DNA of 64,000 nucleotides from Macrostomum hystrix (Eukaryota > Animalia > Platyhelminthes): the NCBI GenBank assembly GCA_950097015.1, contig CATNEN010000011.1:1-64000 (forward strand), written 5' to 3'. Both the position numbers and the translations under genes were made by a program. Shown here piece by piece: positions 1-11,391 of this stretch (position 1 is the stretch's first letter; each line of letters opens with the position of its first letter). The notes beneath the pieces were generated by a model, which searched no databases, was not told the origin of the DNA, and saw only the letters and a list, made by a program, of their open reading frames with translations.

Positions 1-861
1 AATCATGCTCCGTGTAGCGATATAGAACAGCTTTGCGCGTGCTTCTCGCACAGATCGCTCTATATGGCTTTTCTGAACTATGTTGGGGCGCTGAGGCTAG
101 ACTTTGTTTCCTTGATTGGAACTGGCGCTTACACACTCTCCCAGTCAGCTGGAAGATATGAACGGAGCAAAAGTTTTAGCTAGCTGCTCCCGCAGATGTC
201 ATTATGCTGCAATGTTAGAATTAGTCTCAGGATTTTGCAAAACACGCCGTACATGAATAAGCGAAAAGAACAACTTGAGCTTCTTGCACGTGCACTAGAA
301 CAGCTTTGCACGTTCTGTTTGCAAAGATCAATTCATGCTGCTATTTAAGCATTTTGAAGGGACACTTAAGGCTGTAGCTAGTTTGCTTAAGTGAAAGTGC
401 TCTTACTCTAGTCAAGAGGAAGATATGAACGCAGCTAAAGTTTTATATCTAGCTGCTCCCACAGATGTCTTGTGCAGCAATATCAGAACCAATGATTGCT
501 ATTGCAGCTTACAGCTAGCATGCCTGACTTTGAGAGGCGCAATGATGCACGCTGATACAGGAACAACCATAGAAAACAATCATGCTCCGTGTAGCGATAT
601 AGAACAGCTTTGCGCGTGCTTCTCGCACAGATCGCTCTATATGGCTTTTCTGAACTATGTTGGGGCGCTGAGGCTAGACTTTGTTTCCTTGATTGGAACT
701 GGCGCTTACACACTCTCCCAGTCAGCTGGAAGATATGAACGGAGCAAAAGTTTTAGCTAGCTGCTCCCGCAGATGTCATTATGCTGCAATGTTAGAACTA
801 GGCTCAAGCTTTTGCAAATCACGCCGTACATGAAAAAGCGAAAAGAACAACTTGAGCTTCT

Positions 862-871
862 TGCACGTGCA
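862..871. other. Conserved 10-bp palindrome TGCACGTGCA (contains CACGTG), one per monomer and half-monomer; representative copy
   Basis: Read in CTTCTTGCACGTGCACTAG in nearly every unit checked, including the C half-units (one variant GCACGCGCAC in the 3887 unit). Function unknown. Confidence 0.6.
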
Positions 872-1001
872 CTAGAACAGCTTTGCACGTTCTGTTTGCA
901 AAGATCAATTCATGCTGCTATTTAAGCATTTTGAAGGGACACTTAAGGCTGTAGCTAGTTTGCTTAAGTGAAAGTGCTCTTACTCTAGTCAAGAGGAAGA
1001 T

Positions 1002-4000
1002 ATGAACGCAGCTAAAGTTTTATATCTAGCTGCTCTCACAGATGTCTTGTGCAGCAATATCAGAACCAATGATTGCTATTGCAGCTTACAGCTAGCATGC
1101 CTGACTTTGAGAGGCGCAATGATGCACGCTGATACAGGAACAACCATAGAAAACAATCATGCTCCGTGTAGCGATATAGAACAGCTTTGCGCGTGCTTCC
1201 CGCACAGATCGCTGTATGTGGCTTTTCTGAACTATGTTAGGGCGCTGAGGCTAGACTTTGTTTCCTTGATTGGAACTGGCGCTTACACACTCTCCCAGTC
1301 AGCTGGAAGATATGAACGGAGCAAAAGTTTTAGCTAGCTGCTCCCGCAGATGTCATTATGCTGCAATGTTAGAATTAGTCTCAGGATTTTGCAAAACACG
1401 CCGTACATGAATAAGCGAAAAGAACAACTTGAGCTTCTTGCACGTGCACTAGAACAGCTTTGCACGTGCTGTTTGCAAAGATCGATACATGCTGCTATTT
1501 AATCATTTGCAAAGGACACTCAAGGCTGTAGCCAGTTTGCTTAAGTGAAAGTGCTCTTACTCTAGTCAAGAGGAAGATATGAACGCAGCTAAAGTTTTAT
1601 ATCTAGCTGCTCCCACAGATGTCTTGTGCAGCAATATCAGAACCAATGACTGCTATTGCAGCTTACAGCTAGCATGCCTGACTTTGAGAGGCGCAATGAT
1701 GCACGCTGATACAGGAACAACCATAGAAAACAATCATGCTCCGTGTAGCGATATAGAACAGCTTTGCGCGTGCTTCTCGCACAGATCGCTCTATATGGCT
1801 TTTCTGAACTATGTTGGGGCGCTGAGGCTAGACTTTGTTTCCTTGATTGGAACTGGCGCTTACACACTCTACCAGTAAGCTGGAAGATATGAACGGAGCA
1901 AAAGTTTTAGCTAGCTGCTCCCGCAGATGTCATTATGCTGCAATGTTAGAATTAGTCTCAGGATTTTGCAAAACACGCCGTACATGAATAAGCGAAAAGA
2001 ACAACTTGAGCTTCTTGCACGTGCACTAGAACAGCTTTGCACGTGCTGTTTGCAAAGATCGATACATGCTGCTATTTAAGCATTTTGAAGGGACACTCAA
2101 GGCTGTAGCTAGTTTGCTTAAGTGAAAGTGCTCTTACTCTAGTCAAGAGGAAGATATGAACGCAGCTAAAGTTTTATATCTAGCTGCTCCCACAGATGTC
2201 TTGTGCAGCAATATCAGAACCAATGATTGCTATTGCAGCTTACAGCTAGCATGCCTGACTTTGAGAGGCGCAATGATGCACGCTGATACAGGAACAACCA
2301 TAGAAAACAATCATGCTCCGTGTAGCGATATAGAACAGCTTTGCGCGTGCTTCTCGCACAGATCGCTCTATATGGCTTTTCTGAACTATGTTGGGGCGCT
2401 GAGGCTAGACTTTGTTTCCTTGATTGGAACTGGCGCTTACACACTCTCCCAGTCAGCTGGAAGATATGAACGGAGCAAAAGTTTTAGCTAGCTGCTCCCG
2501 CAGATGTCATTATGCTGCAATGTTAGAATTAGTCTCAGGATTTTGCAAAACACGCCGTACATGAATAAGCGAAAAGAACAACTTGAGCTTCTTGCACGTG
2601 CACTAGAACAGCTTTGCACGTTCTGTTTGCAAAGATCAATTCATGCTGCTATTTAAGCATTTTGAAGGGACACTTAAGGCTGTAGCTAGTTTGCTTAAGT
2701 GAAAGTGCTCTTACTCTAGTCAAGAGGAAGATATGAACGCAGCTAAAGTTTTATATCTAGCTGCTCCCACAGATGTCTTGTGCAGCAATATCAGAACCAA
2801 TGATTGCTATTGCAGCTTACAGCTAGCATGCCTGACTTTGAGAGGCGCAATGATGCACGCTGATACAGGAACAACCATAGAAAACAATCATGCTCCGTGT
2901 AGCGATATAGAACAGCTTTGCGCGTGCTTCTCGCACAGATCGCTCTATATGGCTTTTCTGAACTATGTTGGGGCGCTGAGGCTAGACTTTGTTTCCTTGA
3001 TTGGAACTGGCGCTTACACACTCTCCCAGTCAGCTGGAAGATATGAACGGAGCAAAAGTTTTAGCTAGCTGCTCCCGCAGATGTCATTATGCTGCAATGT
3101 TAGAACTAGGCTCAAGCTTTTTGCAAATCACGCCGTACATGAAAAAGCGAAAAGAACAACTTGAGCTTCTTGCACGTGCACTAGAACAGCTTTGCACGTT
3201 CTGTTTGCAAAGATCAATTTATGCTGCTATTTAAGCATTTTGAAGGGACACTCAAGGCTGTAGCTAGTTTGCTTAAGTGAAAGTGCTCTTACTCTAGTCA
3301 AGAGGAAGATATGAACGCAGCTAAAGTTTTATATCTAGCTGCTCCCACAGATGTCTTGTGCAGCAATATCAGAACCAATGATTGCTATTGCAGCTTACAG
3401 CTAGCATGCCTGACTTTGAGAGGCGCAATGATGCACGCTGATACAGGAACAACCATAGAAAACAATCATGCTCCGTGTAGCGATATAGAACAGCTTTGCG
3501 CGTGCTTCCGCACAGATCGCTGTATGTGGCTTTTCTGAACTATGTTAGGGCGCTGAGGCTAGACTTTGTTTCCTTGATTGGAACTGGCGCTTACACACTC
3601 TCCCAGTCAGCTGGAAGATATGAACGGAGCAAAAGTTTTAACTAGCTGCTCCCGCAGATGTCATTATGCTGCAATGTTAGAATTAGTCTCAGGATTTTGC
3701 AAAACACGCCGTACATGAATAAGCGAAAAGAACAACTTGAGCTTCTTGCACGTGCACTAGAACAGCTTTGCACGTGCTGTTTGCAAAGATCGATACATGC
3801 TGCTATTTAATCATTTGCAAAGGACACTCAAGGCTGTAGCCAGTTTGCTTAAGTGAAAGTGCTCTTACTCTAGTCAAGAGGAAGATATGAACGCAGCTAA
3901 AGTTTTATACCTAGCTGCTCCCACAGATGTCTTGTGCAGCAATGTCAGAACCAATGATTGCTATTGCAGCTTACAGCTAGCATGCCTGACTTTGAGAGGC

Positions 4001-5617
4001 GCAATGATGCACGCTGATACAGGAACAACCACAGAAAACAATCATGCTCCGTGTAGCGATCTAGAACAGGTTTGCGCGTGCTTCTCGCACAGATCGCTCT
4101 ATATGGCTTTTCTGAACTATGTTGGGGCGCTGAGGCTAGACTTTGTTTCCTTGATTGGAACTGGCGCTTACACACTCTCCCAGTCAGCTGGAAGATATGA
4201 ACGGAGCAAAAGTTTTAGCTAGCTGCTCCCGCAGATGTCATTTTGCAGCAATGTTAGAATTAGTCTCAGGCTTTTGCAAATCACGCCGTACATGAAAAAG
4301 CGAAAAGAACAACTTAAGCTTCTTGCACGCGCACTAGAACAGCTTTGCACGTTCTGTTTGCAAAGATCGATACATGCTGCTATTTAAGCATTTTGAAGGG
4401 ACACTCAAGGCTGTAGCTAGTTTGCTTAAGTGAAAGTGCTCTTACTCTAGTCAAGAGGAAGATATGAACGCAGCTAAAGTTTTATATCTAGCTGCTCCCA
4501 CAGATGTCTTGTGCAGCAATATCAGAACCAATGACTGCTATTGCAGCTTACAGCTAGCATGCCTGACTTTGAGAGGCGCAATGATGCACGCTGATACAGG
4601 AACAACCATAGAAAACAATCATGCTCCGTGTAGCGATATAGAACAGCTTTGCGCGTGCTTCTCGCACAGATCGCTCTATATGGCTTTTCCGAACTATGTT
4701 GGGGCGCTGAGGCTAGACTTTGTTTCCTTGATTGGAACTGGCGCTTACACACTCTACCAGTAAGCTGGAAGATATGAACGGAGCAAAAGTTTTAGCTAGC
4801 TGCTCCCGCAGATGTCATTATGCTGCAATGTTAGAATTAGTCTCAGGATTTTGCAAAACACGCCGTACATGAATAAGCGAAAAGAACAACTTGAGCTTCT
4901 TGCACGTGCACTAGAACAGCTTTGCACGTGCTGTTTGCAAAGATCGATACATGCTGCTATTTAAGCATTTTGAAGGGACACTCAAGGCTGTAGCTAGTTT
5001 GCTTAAGTGAAAGTGCTCTTACTCTAGTCAAGAGGAAGATATGAACGCAGCTAAAGTTTTATATCTAGCTGCTCCCACAGATGTCTTGTGCAGCAATATC
5101 AGAACCAATGATTGCTATTGCAGCTTACAGCTAGCATGCCTGACTTTGAGAGGCGCAATGATGCACGCTGATACAGGAACAACCATAGAAAACAATCATG
5201 CTCCGTGTAGCGATATAGAACAGGTTTGCGCGTGCTTCTCGCACAGATCGCTCTATATGGCTTTTCTGAACTATGTTGGGGCGCTGAGGCTAGACTTTGT
5301 TTCCTTGATTGGAACTGGCGCTTACACACTCTCCCAGTCAGCTGGAAGATATGAACGGAGCAAAAGTTTTAGCTAGCTGCTCCCGCAGATGTCATTATGC
5401 TGCAATGTTAGAATTAGTCTCAGGATTTTGCAAAACACGCCGTACATGAATAAGCGAAAAGAACAACTTGAGCTTCTTGCACGTGCACTAGAACAGCTTT
5501 GCACGTTCTGTTTGCAAAGATCAATTCATGCTGCTATTTAAGCATTTTGAAGGGACACTTAAGGCTGTAGCTAGTTTGCTTAAGTGAAAGTGCTCTTACT
5601 CTAGTCAAGAGGAAGAT
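1002..5617 (+). repeat. 8-monomer block (variant order p-s-a-a578-p-t-s-a) repeated at 11392-16008
   Basis: Diagnostic variants recur at a constant 10390/10391-bp offset: CTCTACCAGTAAG units 1579/11969 and 4464/14855; 578-bp units 2733/13123; AGTTTTAACTAG units 3311/13701; ACCACAGAA units 3887/14278. Confidence 0.85.
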
Positions 5618-8600
5618 ATGAACGCAGCTAAAGTTTTATATCTAGCTGCTCCCACAGATGTCTTGTGCAGCAATATCAGAACCAATGATTGCTATTGCAG
5701 CTTACAGCTAGCATGCCTGACTTTGAGAGGCGCAATGATGCACGCTGATACAGGAACAACCATAGAAAACAATCATGCTCCGTGTAGCGATATAGAACAG
5801 CTTTGCGCGTGCTTCTCGCACAGATCGCTCTATATGGCTTTTCTGAACTATGTTGGGGCGCTGAGGCTAGACTTTGTTTCCTTGATTGGAACTGGCGCTT
5901 ACACACTCTCCCAGTCAGCTGGAAGATATGAACGGAGCAAAAGTTTTAGCTAGCTGCTCCCGCAGATGTCATTATGCTGCAATGTTAGAACTAGGCTCAA
6001 GCTTTTTGCAAATCACGCCGTACATGAAAAAGCGAAAAGAACAACTTGAGCTTCTTGCACGTGCACTAGAACAGCTTTGCACGTTCTGTTTGCAAAGATC
6101 AATTTATGCTGCTATTTAAGCATTTTGAAGGGACACTCAAGGCTGTAGCTAGTTTGCTTAAGTGAAAGTGCTCTTACTCTAGTCAAGAGGAAGATATGAA
6201 CGCAGCTAAAGTTTTATATCTAGCTGCTCTCACAGATGTCTTGTGCAGCAATATCAGAACCAATGATTGCTATTGCAGCTTACAGCTAGCATGCCTGACT
6301 TTGAGAGGCGCAATGATGCACGCTGATACAGGAACAACCATAGAAAACAATCATGCTCCGTGTAGCGATATAGAACAGCTTTGCGCGTGCTTCTCGCACA
6401 GATCGCTCTATATGGCTTTTCTGAACTATGTTGGGGCGCTGAGGCTAGACTTTGTTTCCTTGATTGGAACTGGCGCTTACACACTCTCCCAGTCAGCTGG
6501 AAGATATGAACGGAGCAAAAGTTTTAGCTAGCTGCTCCCGCAGATGTCATTATGCTGCAATGTTAGAATTAGTCTCAGGATTTTGCAAAACACGCCGTAC
6601 ATGAATAAGCGAAAAGAACAACTTGAGCTTCTTGCACGTGCACTAGAACAGCTTTGCACGTTCTGTTTGCAAAGATCAATTCATGCTGCTATTTAAGCAT
6701 TTTGAAGGGACACTTAAGGCTGTAGCTAGTTTGCTTAAGTGAAAGTGCTCTTACTCTAGTCAAGAGGAAGATATGAACGCAGCTAAAGTTTTATATCTAG
6801 CTGCTCCCACAGATGTCTTGTGCAGCAATATCAGAACCAATGATTGCTATTGCAGCTTACAGCTAGCATGCCTGACTTTGAGAGGCGCAATGATGCACGC
6901 TGATACAGGAACAACCATAGAAAACAATCATGCTCCGTGTAGCGATATAGAACAGCTTTGCGCGTGCTTCTCGCACAGATCGCTCTATATGGCTTTTCTG
7001 AACTATGTTGGGGCGCTGAGGCTAGACTTTGTTTCCTTGATTGGAACTGGCGCTTACACACTCTCCCAGTCAGCTGGAAGATATGAACGGAGCAAAAGTT
7101 TTAGCTAGCTGCTCCCGCAGATGTCATTATGCTGCAATGTTAGAACTAGGCTCAAGCTTTTTGCAAATCACGCCGTACATGAAAAAGCGAAAAGAACAAC
7201 TTGAGCTTCTTGCACGTGCACTAGAACAGCTTTGCACGTTCTGTTTGCAAAGATCAATTTATGCTGCTATTTAAGCATTTTGAAGGGACACTCAAGGCTG
7301 TAGCCAGTTTGCTTAAGTGAAAGTGCTCTTACTCTAGTCAAGAGGAAGATATGAACGCAGCTAAAGTTTTATACCTAGCTGCTCCCACAGATGTCTTGTG
7401 CAGCAATGTCAGAACCAATGATTGCTATTGCAGCTTACAGCTAGCATGCCTGACTTTGAGAGGCGCAATGATGCACGCTGATACAGGAACAACCATAGAA
7501 AACAATCATGCTCCGTGTAGCGATATAGAACAGCTTTGCGCGTGCTTCCCGCACAGATCGCTGTATGTGGCTTTTCTGAACTATGTTAGGGCGCTGAGGC
7601 TAGACTTTGTTTCCTTGATTGGAACTGGCGCTTACACACTCTCCCAGTCAGCTGGAAGATATGAACGGAGCAAAAGTTTTAGCTAGCTGCTCCCGCAGAT
7701 GTCATTATGCTGCAATGTTAGAATTAGTCTCAGGATTTTGCAAAACACGCCGTACATGAATAAGCGAAAAGAACAACTTGAGCTTCTTGCACGTGCACTA
7801 GAACAGCTTTGCACGTGCTGTTTGCAAAGATCGATACATGCTGCTATTTAATCATTTGCAAAGGACACTCAAGGCTGTAGCCAGTTTGCTTAAGTGAAAG
7901 TGCTCTTACTCTAGTCAAGAGGAAGATATGAACGCAGCTAAAGTTTTATATCTAGCTGCTCCCACAGATGTCTTGTGCAGCAATATCAGAACCAATGACT
8001 GCTATTGCAGCTTACAGCTAGCATGCCTGACTTTGAGAGGCGCAATGATGCACGCTGATACAGGAACAACCATAGAAAACAATCATGCTCCGTGTAGCGA
8101 TATAGAACAGCTTTGCGCGTGCTTCTCGCACAGATCGCTCTATATGGCTTTTCTGAACTATGTTGGGGCGCTGAGGCTAGACTTTGTTTCCTTGATTGGA
8201 ACTGGCGCTTACACACTCTACCAGTAAGCTGGAAGATATGAACGGAGCAAAAGTTTTAGCTAGCTGCTCCCGCAGATGTCATTATGCTGCAATGTTAGAA
8301 TTAGTCTCAGGATTTTGCAAAACACGCCGTACATGAATAAGCGAAAAGAACAACTTGAGCTTCTTGCACGTGCACTAGAACAGCTTTGCACGTGCTGTTT
8401 GCAAAGATCGATACATGCTGCTATTTAAGCATTTTGAAGGGACACTCAAGGCTGTAGCTAGTTTGCTTAAGTGAAAGTGCTCTTACTCTAGTCAAGAGGA
8501 AGATATGAACGCAGCTAAAGTTTTATATCTAGCTGCTCCCACAGATGTCTTGTGCAGCAATATCAGAACCAATGATTGCTATTGCAGCTTACAGCTAGCA

Positions 8601-11391
8601 TGCCTGACTTTGAGAGGCGCAATGATGCACGCTGATACAGGAACAACCATAGAAAACAATCATGCTCCGTGTAGCGATATAGAACAGCTTTGCGCGTGCT
8701 TCTCGCACAGATCGCTCTATATGGCTTTTCTGAACTATGTTGGGGCGCTGAGGCTAGACTTTGTTTCCTTGATTGGAACTGGCGCTTACACACTCTCCCA
8801 GTCAGCTGGAAGATATGAACGGAGCAAAAGTTTTAGCTAGCTGCTCCCGCAGATGTCATTATGCTGCAATGTTAGAATTAGTCTCAGGATTTTGCAAAAC
8901 ACGCCGTACATGAATAAGCGAAAAGAACAACTTGAGCTTCTTGCACGTGCACTAGAACAGCTTTGCACGTTCTGTTTGCAAAGATCAATTCATGCTGCTA
9001 TTTAAGCATTTTGAAGGGACACTTAAGGCTGTAGCTAGTTTGCTTAAGTGAAAGTGCTCTTACTCTAGTCAAGAGGAAGATATGAACGCAGCTAAAGTTT
9101 TATATCTAGCTGCTCCCACAGATGTCTTGTGCAGCAATATCAGAACCAATGATTGCTATTGCAGCTTACAGCTAGCATGCCTGACTTTGAGAGGCGCAAT
9201 GATGCACGCTGATACAGGAACAACCATAGAAAACAATCATGCTCCGTGTAGCGATATAGAACAGCTTTGCGCGTGCTTCTCGCACAGATCGCTCTATATG
9301 GCTTTTCTGAACTATGTTGGGGCGCTGAGGCTAGACTTTGTTTCCTTGATTGGAACTGGCGCTTACACACTCTCCCAGTCAGCTGGAAGATATGAACGGA
9401 GCAAAAGTTTTAGCTAGCTGCTCCCGCAGATGTCATTATGCTGCAATGTTAGAACTAGGCTCAAGCTTTTTGCAAATCACGCCGTACATGAAAAAGCGAA
9501 AAGAACAACTTGAGCTTCTTGCACGTGCACTAGAACAGCTTTGCACGTTCTGTTTGCAAAGATCAATTTATGCTGCTATTTAAGCATTTTGAAGGGACAC
9601 TCAAGGCTGTAGCTAGTTTGCTTAAGTGAAAGTGCTCTTACTCTAGTCAAGAGGAAGATATGAACGCAGCTAAAGTTTTATATCTAGCTGCTCTCACAGA
9701 TGTCTTGTGCAGCAATATCAGAACCAATGATTGCTATTGCAGCTTACAGCTAGCATGCCTGACTTTGAGAGGCGCAATGATGCACGCTGATACAGGAACA
9801 ACCATAGAAAACAATCATGCTCCGTGTAGCGATATAGAACAGCTTTGCGCGTGCTTCCCGCACAGATCGCTGTATGTGGCTTTTCTGAACTATGTTAGGG
9901 CGCTGAGGCTAGACTTTGTTTCCTTGATTGGAACTGGCGCTTACACACTCTCCCAGTCAGCTGGAAGATATGAACGGAGCAAAAGTTTTAACTAGCTGCT
10001 CCCGCAGATGTCATTATGCTGCAATGTTAGAATTAGTCTCAGGATTTTGCAAAACACGCCGTACATGAATAAGCGAAAAGAACAACTTGAGCTTCTTGCA
10101 CGTGCACTAGAACAGCTTTGCACGTGCTGTTTGCAAAGATCGATACATGCTGCTATTTAATCATTTGCAAAGGACACTCAAGGCTGTAGCCAGTTTGCTT
10201 AAGTGAAAGTGCTCTTACTCTAGTCAAGAGGAAGATATGAACGCAGCTAAAGTTTTATATCTAGCTGCTCTCACAGATGTCTTGTGCAGCAATATCAGAA
10301 CCAATGATTGCTATTGCAGCTTACAGCTAGCATGCCTGACTTTGAGAGGCGCAATGATGCACGCTGATACAGGAACAACCATAGAAAACAATCATGCTCC
10401 GTGTAGCGATATAGAACAGCTTTGCGCGTGCTTCCCGCACAGATCGCTGTATGTGGCTTTTCTGAACTATGTTAGGGCGCTGAGGCTAGACTTTGTTTCC
10501 TTGATTGGAACTGGCGCTTACACACTCTCCCAGTCAGCTGGAAGATATGAACGGAGCAAAAGTTTTAGCTAGCTGCTCCCGCAGATGTCATTATGCTGCA
10601 ATGTTAGAATTAGTCTCAGGATTTTGCAAAACACGCCGTACATGAATAAGCGAAAAGAACAACTTGAGCTTCTTGCACGTGCACTAGAACAGCTTTGCAC
10701 GTGCTGTTTGCAAAGATCGATACATGCTGCTATTTAATCATTTGCAAAGGACACTCAAGGCTGTAGCCAGTTTGCTTAAGTGAAAGTGCTCTTACTCTAG
10801 TCAAGAGGAAGATATGAACGCAGCTAAAGTTTTATATCTAGCTGCTCCCACAGATGTCTTGTGCAGCAATATCAGAACCAATGACTGCTATTGCAGCTTA
10901 CAGCTAGCATGCCTGACTTTGAGAGGCGCAATGATGCACGCTGATACAGGAACAACCATAGAAAACAATCATGCTCCGTGTAGCGATATAGAACAGCTTT
11001 GCGCGTGCTTCTCGCACAGATCGCTCTATATGGCTTTTCTGAACTATGTTGGGGCGCTGAGGCTAGACTTTGTTTCCTTGATTGGAACTGGCGCTTACAC
11101 ACTCTCCCAGTCAGCTGGAAGATATGAACGGAGCAAAAGTTTTAGCTAGCTGCTCCCGCAGATGTCATTATGCTGCAATGTTAGAACTAGGCTCAAGCTT
11201 TTTGCAAATCACGCCGTACATGAAAAAGCGAAAAGAACAACTTGAGCTTCTTGCACGTGCACTAGAACAGCTTTGCACGTTCTGTTTGCAAAGATCAATT
11301 TATGCTGCTATTTAAGCATTTTGAAGGGACACTCAAGGCTGTAGCTAGTTTGCTTAAGTGAAAGTGCTCTTACTCTAGTCAAGAGGAAGAT

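Noticed and set aside
416-427. GAGGAAGATATG resembles a Shine-Dalgarno site plus start codon
   Set aside because: The same GGAAGATATG recurs in the second half-unit as part of the internal duplication; the downstream ORF is unstable; purine-rich matches are expected by chance.
425-760. Repeated ORFs (111/99/94/136/166 aa MNAAKVLYL..., 74-80 aa ...EQLELLARALEQL..., 76-98 aa minus-strand) as a tandem gene array
   Set aside because: Monomer lengths 577 and 593 are not multiples of 3. ORF ends and frames change with single indels, and stop-gain SNPs are tolerated and amplified (16586, 17179, 20757, 39507, 40424, 42851). I recognise no domain.
1526-1545. CTGTAGCCAGTTTGCTTAAG resembles the dinoflagellate spliced leader CCGTAGCCATTTTGGCTCAAG (17/21 with one gap); GGCTCAAG also occurs in B tails
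   Set aside because: The majority allele (GTAGCTAG) matches less well, there is no GT donor after AAG, and I recognised no SL intron or Sm site. A chance match is plausible; revisit only if the host is a dinoflagellate.
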